Below are positions 8,664 to 13,342 of a stretch of 13,342 nt of DNA, piece after piece (position 1 is the first letter of the stretch; every line of letters starts with the position of its first letter). A program made the position numbers and the translations under genes. The DNA lies in contig JAYEKO010000057.1 in NCBI GenBank assembly GCA_034661055.1, forward strand, positions 1 to 13,342, written 5' to 3'. A model generated the notes under the pieces. That model saw nothing but the letters and a program-made list of their open reading frames with translations. It had not been told where the DNA came from and did not search any database. Origin of the DNA: Campylobacterota bacterium (GTDB lineage Bacteria > Campylobacterota > Campylobacteria > Campylobacterales > Sulfurimonadaceae).

Positions 8664-8800
8664 AAAAGTCTGATGGTATCTATGAGTATCAGGTCAGACT
8701 TTTACAGTCGTGTTAAGAATAGAAAAACGACTGTAGCTTATACATGTAAATAAAAGCATCCATTCTATGTGTGGTATGGATGCTCTATTGTAAAAATAGA
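8664..8800 (+). repeat. Run of three strong and one weak inverted repeats (RNA hairpins) between lipoprotein rhodanese and porin
   Basis: AAAAGTCTGA/TCAGACTTTT (8664-8703), TACAGTCGT/ACGACTGTA (8703-8735), AGCATCCAT/ATGGATGCT (8755-8784) and TCTATT/AATAGA (8784-8800). Confidence 0.75.
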
Positions 8801-8811
8801 AGGATCAAATT

Positions 8812-10038
8812 ATGAAAATAGATAAACTTTTGCTCTCAACGGCTGTTGTGTCTGTACTTGCTACTGGTGCATTTGCGGGTCCAAAAATTGAGTTTAATGA
8901 TGGAAAAAGTTCACTTGAACTTTTTAATATGGTACAAGTTTGGGGTATGAACACTGTTGATGATAATGAGAATGGGGCTTCTGATGCTTCAGATCTTTAT
9001 ATTCGCCGTGGACGTATAGGTGTTAAAGGAAAGTATTCAGACCTTATTAGCTATAAAGTATGGTTTGCCTATGACAACCTTGGAAAAAGTGGGAATAATA
9101 TTCTCATGGGTTCACCTAACGATGACACTAATAGCAATAAAGATTTTTATATCTGGGATGCGTATTTTACGTATAAGTTTGATAAAGAGTTTGCTAATGT
9201 AACTTTGGGTTATGTAAGACCACAAGTTGGTAAAGAGTCAATTACATCAGGTTTTACCATTAACTCTTATGAAAAAGGGCTTTCAAACTTCTATGTACGT
9301 AAGCATATTGTAGGGCGTGGACCTGGTCGTGAAGTTGGTGTCAATGTTGGTGGTCTGACTATGGACAACAAACTAAACTACAACTTTGGTGTTTTTAATC
9401 CAAATCACAGTGCTATCACTGGTGCCGACATGACAGTAAAAGATGGTGGTATTAACCAGACAGCGTCAACTGAAAAAACTTCTTGGATGATGGCTGCGAG
9501 GGTTGCATACTCAATCGGTGACCCTGAAATGAAAAAGTATAAACTCGGTTATACAACCAATTATTTTGGAAAACGTAACGGAGCAACTATTGGTCTTAAC
9601 TATACGTATCAGGGTGAGACAGATAAATTTAAATCAAATGAGTTGATGAGTGTTGATTTACTAGCTAACTATGAAAACCTGAATCTATCTTACGAATTTG
9701 ATTCACTTTTAAGAGAGATGAGTGACTATGATACGGATGATACAATTCAGACATTGAGACTTGGATATAACTTTGCTTTAGATAATGGACAGTATGTTGA
9801 ACCGGCTCTTTTATGGTCAGATGCAGATCTAGACGATAGATCACATTTTGGAGATGCAAAAGCATACGGAAACGGAACTGCAGGAAGTCAGACCGTGACG
9901 AGTTTAGGTGTGAACTGGTATCGTAATAAGATGAAAGAGAAATACTCAATGCATTTTGTGAATTTTGATAAGTCTGATGCCATTACTGATCAGGGTAACA
10001 ACTCAGCTGTTACGCTTACTGCACAGTATATTTTTTAA
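8812..10038 (+). CDS. Outer-membrane beta-barrel porin, OprO/OprP (anion-selective)-like
   Basis: Signal peptide ending AFA; YIRRGRIGVKG, WDAYFTY, GREVGV, YNFGVFN and SLGVNWY motifs; C-terminal aromatic beta-signal TAQYIF. Confidence 0.85.
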   Translation: MKIDKLLLSTAVVSVLATGAFAGPKIEFNDGKSSLELFNMVQVWGMNTVDDNENGASDASDLYIRRGRIGVKGKYSDLISYKVWFAYDNLGKSGNNILMGSPNDDTNSNKDFYIWDAYFTYKFDKEFANVTLGYVRPQVGKESITSGFTINSYEKGLSNFYVRKHIVGRGPGREVGVNVGGLTMDNKLNYNFGVFNPNHSAITGADMTVKDGGINQTASTEKTSWMMAARVAYSIGDPEMKKYKLGYTTNYFGKRNGATIGLNYTYQGETDKFKSNELMSVDLLANYENLNLSYEFDSLLREMSDYDTDDTIQTLRLGYNFALDNGQYVEPALLWSDADLDDRSHFGDAKAYGNGTAGSQTVTSLGVNWYRNKMKEKYSMHFVNFDKSDAITDQGNNSAVTLTAQYIF

Positions 10039-10055
10039 GAGAATAAACCACTTTT

Positions 10056-10081
10056 TGAAGAATCTGTTATCAGGTTCTTCA
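10056..10081 (+). terminator. Hairpin immediately after porin, possible terminator
   Basis: TGAAGAATCTG-TTAT-CAGGTTCTTCA forms an 11-bp stem with one G-U; the U-tract is weak. Confidence 0.45.
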
Positions 10082-10090
10082 TTAAGACAT

Positions 10091-10230
10091 AGAAGTTTAT
10101 AGGTAGGTTTTTTTGCAAGACGGTAAAAGTTTTTCTTTAATTTTTTCATGCATCCCCGCCTTTTTTCTCAACACACGAATGTCGCTTACATTAGTGCTTT
10201 TATCGTCTTGCAAGAAAAATGGCCTCTTCT
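10091..10230 (+). ncRNA. Candidate structured RNA: about 23-bp duplex enclosing a pyrimidine-rich 65-nt region
   Basis: 10108-10130 pairs with 10196-10218; all three non-Watson-Crick pairs are G-U on the + strand. Outer pairing AGAAG/CTTCT and an inner hairpin AATGT/ACATT are also present. Confidence 0.35.
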
Positions 10231-10323
10231 TAACTCATCTACATATATAAAATATTGCAATTTGCCACATTTTCTACACAATAATTTGAAATAATGTAAT
10301 ATTCTTAAATAAGGAGTTACATT

Positions 10324-10473
10324 ATGAAAACAGCAAGTAGAGAGTATGAATATCTTAAACAGCTATTACGAATTAACCCGACGATGACTATTGCTCAAGC
10401 GGCGCATCGTGTAAAATTACTACACACTCATTTAGAGTGCATGAAGGTCACTAAAGAGCTTCATAGCCTCTAA
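10324..10473 (+). CDS. Small hypothetical protein (49 aa), not in ORF track
   Basis: AAGGAG at 10311-10316, 7 nt before ATG. Translation MKTASREYEYLKQLLRINPTMTIAQAAHRVKLLHTHLECMKVTKELHSL*. It overlaps the convergent gene by 42 bp. Confidence 0.6.
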   Translation: MKTASREYEYLKQLLRINPTMTIAQAAHRVKLLHTHLECMKVTKELHSL

Positions 10474-11130
10474 GTGGTAGAGTTTTGGAACTTGAATAAG
10501 TAGTGGTTTTTTACTAATATCTAACCACTTAATTAGAGTCTGAAGATTCTGTTTTGACATAGAGGTACACCCAGACGTGGGAGCACCTTTAAACTTCTCT
10601 ACATGTAAAAAGACACATGAACCATAATAAGGGACTCTCTTGTTATTGTGTGAGAGTGTTAAACCTAACTCATATAGATCATCATCTCGTCGCATTAGCT
10701 CAAAACTTTTGGCTTCCTTAGCTAATGCACGAGGTGTAATGGTGTTATAAGCAGATGAGTTGACATCATCAACACAGATTAATTCAGAATTACTGTGTAG
10801 ATAGGGTACTTTTTTATTTGGAGTGTCGAAATATCCAAAGCTTCCTGTTATGTAGAAGACACCTGCTGGTGCTCTACCATCTCCTTCACGTTTTTGTGGC
10901 TCACTCTTGTTTTTAGAAAGATTAACTTCTGAGTCACTCCACCCTAATCCTGAACGACCTAAGTTTACATCTATTTTTTTTCCAACTGACACAAATGTGT
11001 TATTGACGCGTTCATATCGCTGTAGTTGAGCAGTGGTACTATTCCAGTCATTGGAGACGACCATAAGAAGTTGTGAAGAGGCAATTAATGACTTTAGAGT
11101 TAGTATGACAATAAAAAAGGTATATTTCAT
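10432..11130 (-). CDS. L,D-transpeptidase (YkuD-like) family secreted protein
   Basis: Signal peptide; KREGDGRAPAG; catalytic-type CVFLH...PTSGC motif. Confidence 0.85.
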   Translation of the reverse strand: MKYTFFIVILTLKSLIASSQLLMVVSNDWNSTTAQLQRYERVNNTFVSVGKKIDVNLGRSGLGWSDSEVNLSKNKSEPQKREGDGRAPAGVFYITGSFGYFDTPNKKVPYLHSNSELICVDDVNSSAYNTITPRALAKEAKSFELMRRDDDLYELGLTLSHNNKRVPYYGSCVFLHVEKFKGAPTSGCTSMSKQNLQTLIKWLDISKKPLLIQVPKLYHLEAMKLFSDLHAL

Positions 11131-11168
11131 AAAAATTCATCTCTCCTTAGTTTACTTTAAAGATTTGT

Positions 11169-11176
11169 ATTATACT
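11169..11176. promoter_or_regulatory. Overlapping divergent -10 boxes
   Basis: TATAAT on the - strand (11169-11174) and TATACT on the + strand (11171-11176) lie in the short gap between divergent genes. The AT-rich context weakens this call. Confidence 0.4.
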
Positions 11177-11212
11177 CTAACACTATATATATTTTATATT
11201 TAGGTGATAGTA

Positions 11213-11836
11213 ATGAGTATTAAAGTCAGAAAAGCTGAAAAAAGTGATTCGGCATTTATTGCAGAATCGATGATTTACAGCTCTCGCACCTCCAAAAAAA
11301 TTGGTCTTTTTGATCTTATGTTTGATACAACGGACAATAAAGAACTTTTAGAAAATTTACAAAAGCTTGTTACTACTGAGACTAAAAACTATTGTCACTT
11401 TAGTAATTTTTTAATTGCTGAGATTGATGGAAAAATTGAAGGTACTCTGTGTGGTTATGAACCGAGGTTGGCCACACAGAATATTTTAACAAAGTCACTA
11501 GCAGAGTTCGGATTTGATGAGAGTTATCAAGAACGAATCAGTGCCTATAGACTCTGTGAACCAAAAATTGACAATAAGACCTGGGTACTCGACCTTATAC
11601 ATGTAATTCCAGAACACAAGAGTTTAGAGCTTCTTAAAGCACTGGTGCAAAAAAGTCTTCTTACTGCACGTTTAAAAGGCTACCGACAGGTTCAGACACT
11701 ACTGGACATCGGTTCTGTAGAGACAAAAATGGATTATGAAAAACTTGGCTTCTCTTATCTTGATGAGATACGAAGCGACTACTTTGCAGAGGTGTTTTTG
11801 CGTCCCGGAATTTTAAGACTTTCGATGCATCTCTAA
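11213..11836 (+). CDS. GNAT-fold acyltransferase-like protein
   Basis: IKVRKAEKSD, FLIAEIDGKIEG and YEKLGF motifs. Start ATG 11213 is preferred (AGGTGA RBS) over GTG 11204. Confidence 0.75.
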   Translation: MSIKVRKAEKSDSAFIAESMIYSSRTSKKIGLFDLMFDTTDNKELLENLQKLVTTETKNYCHFSNFLIAEIDGKIEGTLCGYEPRLATQNILTKSLAEFGFDESYQERISAYRLCEPKIDNKTWVLDLIHVIPEHKSLELLKALVQKSLLTARLKGYRQVQTLLDIGSVETKMDYEKLGFSYLDEIRSDYFAEVFLRPGILRLSMHL

Positions 11837-11838
11837 AT

Positions 11839-13194
11839 ATGGAATATGGCTATTTAAGTCTTTTTCCTCCTCTTTTAGCCATCATAATGGCACTCTTAAC
11901 ACGTCATGTATTACTCTCTCTATTTATAGGTATTGTCAGTGCGCAGTTTATTATTGCTGATTTTTCCATTGTTGACACTTTAAATTTAATTTATGAGCTT
12001 TTCATAACACTACTTACAAAAGCTTGGATTCTCAAGACGCTTATATTTGCACTTTTAGTAGGTTCGGTAATGTCACTACTCAAAGCTTCTGGGGGAATAG
12101 AAGGTTTTATTAATATGCTCACTCATCGTTATGCGCTTGTTAAATCAAAGCGTTCAGCACTTATTTTGACTTACATTGTTGGAGTGGTTATTTTTATTGA
12201 ATCTTCAATAACCGCACTTATAGCAGGAACATTAGGGCGGCCATTAAGTGATAAGTATGGAGTGAGTCGTGCCAAGCTCGCTTATGTGTGTGATTCCACT
12301 TCCGCACCGGTATGTTCACTTATTATGATTAATGGTTGGGGTGCATTGGTTCTTGGTCTAATCGCAACACAGATTTCTAGTGAAGTCATTGCTGGAGATT
12401 CAGTGAGTTGGCTCATAGATTCACTACTCTATAACTTTTATGCAATGAGTGCTTTAGTAGTTACTTTTGTAGTAATATGGTTTGATTTTAAGGTGGGAAA
12501 AAATAGCGTGCCAATAACAAATCAGTCTACAGATGATATTATTCATAAAGATGCATCCTTGATGCTTTTGCCAATTATTGTGATGATCGCGACGGTCTTT
12601 GTCTCACTCTATATGACAGGTGATGGAAATATGCTTAAAGGGAGTGGTTCCACTGCAATTTTCTATTCACAGATAGTTACACTAATTTTCATGTTTGTAA
12701 TGTACCTTGGTAAAAAGGTAATGAGTGTTAAGGTGTGGGTGAAAGAAGCTTATGTTGGATTAAAATCGATGCGAGAGATAGTCATGATTCTTCTCTTTGC
12801 TTTTGCCATTGGAGCTTCAACGCAACAGCTTCATACCGGAACATTTTTAGCAGAGTTTACTCAAGACATCTTATCACCGACCTATTTAGCAGCTGTTATA
12901 TTTTTACTTTCAGGTATTATGGCATTTGCAACGGGAACGAGTTGGGGAACATTTAGTATTATGATTCCCATAGCCGTTCCAATGGCAGTAGGTATGGATG
13001 CTAATGTTGCACTGTGTATTGGAGCGGCAATTTCAGGTGGGGTTTTTGGTGATCACTGCTCACCGATTTCAGATACGACCATTATCTCATCGTTAGCAGC
13101 CGAGTGTAATCACATTGAACATGTTAAGACACAGTTGCCTTATGCCCTTTTCTCAGGAACAGTAGCGTTACTGCTTTTTATCGCTTTTTCTTAA
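11839..13194 (+). CDS. Na+/H+ antiporter NhaC-family transporter
   Basis: Multi-TM protein with SRAKLAYVCDSTSAP, AFATGTSWGT and GGVFGDHCSPISDTTIISS..HV.TQLPY motifs. Confidence 0.88.
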   Translation: MEYGYLSLFPPLLAIIMALLTRHVLLSLFIGIVSAQFIIADFSIVDTLNLIYELFITLLTKAWILKTLIFALLVGSVMSLLKASGGIEGFINMLTHRYALVKSKRSALILTYIVGVVIFIESSITALIAGTLGRPLSDKYGVSRAKLAYVCDSTSAPVCSLIMINGWGALVLGLIATQISSEVIAGDSVSWLIDSLLYNFYAMSALVVTFVVIWFDFKVGKNSVPITNQSTDDIIHKDASLMLLPIIVMIATVFVSLYMTGDGNMLKGSGSTAIFYSQIVTLIFMFVMYLGKKVMSVKVWVKEAYVGLKSMREIVMILLFAFAIGASTQQLHTGTFLAEFTQDILSPTYLAAVIFLLSGIMAFATGTSWGTFSIMIPIAVPMAVGMDANVALCIGAAISGGVFGDHCSPISDTTIISSLAAECNHIEHVKTQLPYALFSGTVALLLFIAFS

Positions 13195-13342
13195 TAGTAA
13201 AGCCGAGCGATTTTTTTTCGTCAATAATGTGAAGTGAACGAAACAGTGCCTCTTTTTTAGAGTCATAATACTCTTTAACACTTTTTTTAGAGCAGTTTCT
13301 TCCACAGTGATGAACCAGTAAGAAGTCATCAAATAGCGTTGG
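13178..13342 (-). CDS. 3' end of a small WGR-domain-like protein, partial at window edge
   Basis: Open frame PTLFDDFLLVHHCGRNCSKKSVKEYYDSKKEALFRSLHIIDEKKSLGFTIKKKR* matches the WGR pattern (PxLF..xxLx..[W]GR....EA......K...G[YF]). It overlaps the transporter 3' end by 17 bp. Confidence 0.55.
   Translation of the reverse strand, partial: PTLFDDFLLVHHCGRNCSKKSVKEYYDSKKEALFRSLHIIDEKKSLGFTIKKKR

Noticed and set aside
6530..8674. 11-bp direct repeat AAAAGTCTGAT (6530-6540 and 8664-8674) flanking the rhodanese pair
   Set aside because: A match of this length is plausible by chance in AT-rich sequence, and there are no other mobility hallmarks.
8664..8800. CRISPR or REP array
   Set aside because: The hairpins share no repeat sequence, and there are no cas genes in the window.
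10003..10149. 48-aa minus-strand ORF (MKKLKKNFYRLAKK...) preceded by a G-rich tract
   Set aside because: It overlaps the porin 3' end and has no recognisable motif. Its composition is explained by T-tracts of the + strand structure.
10108..10218. MITE derived from the IS at 1-311 (shared TTTGCAAG)
   Set aside because: Only 8 bp are shared, the orientation is opposite to IS termini, and no target duplication is visible.
2590..12956. Short track ORFs 2590-2835, 5044-5244, 6739-6954, 6815-7027, 7471-7812, 9020-9202, 9665-9949 and 12735-12956
   Set aside because: All are antisense or out-of-frame shadows overlapping well-supported genes, with no recognisable motifs.

Overview
AT-rich bacterial window; gene style suggests Campylobacterota (Sulfurimonas/Sulfurovum-like), which is an inference. 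The core is an anaerobic chalcogen-respiration locus in two blocks. Block 1 (2363-6406) encodes a Tat-exported PsrA/PhsA-type molybdopterin enzyme, a four-cluster Fe-S subunit with a C-terminal membrane anchor, and an FdnI/PhsC-type cytochrome b. Block 2 (6682-10038) encodes a periplasmic tandem rhodanese, a lipoprotein tandem rhodanese and an OprO/OprP-like porin. The two blocks are preceded by a duplicated 75-bp promoter region (59/75 identical, ungapped). A divergent Cache-domain LytS-type sensor kinase lies upstream, and its 3' end appears to be interrupted by an IS element whose right end probably fills positions 1-311. Downstream are a structured intergenic region (sRNA candidate), an uncalled 49-aa ORF, an L,D-transpeptidase-family gene, a GNAT, an NhaC-family transporter and the 3' end of a WGR-like gene. 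All calls come from reading motifs by eye; no searches were run.
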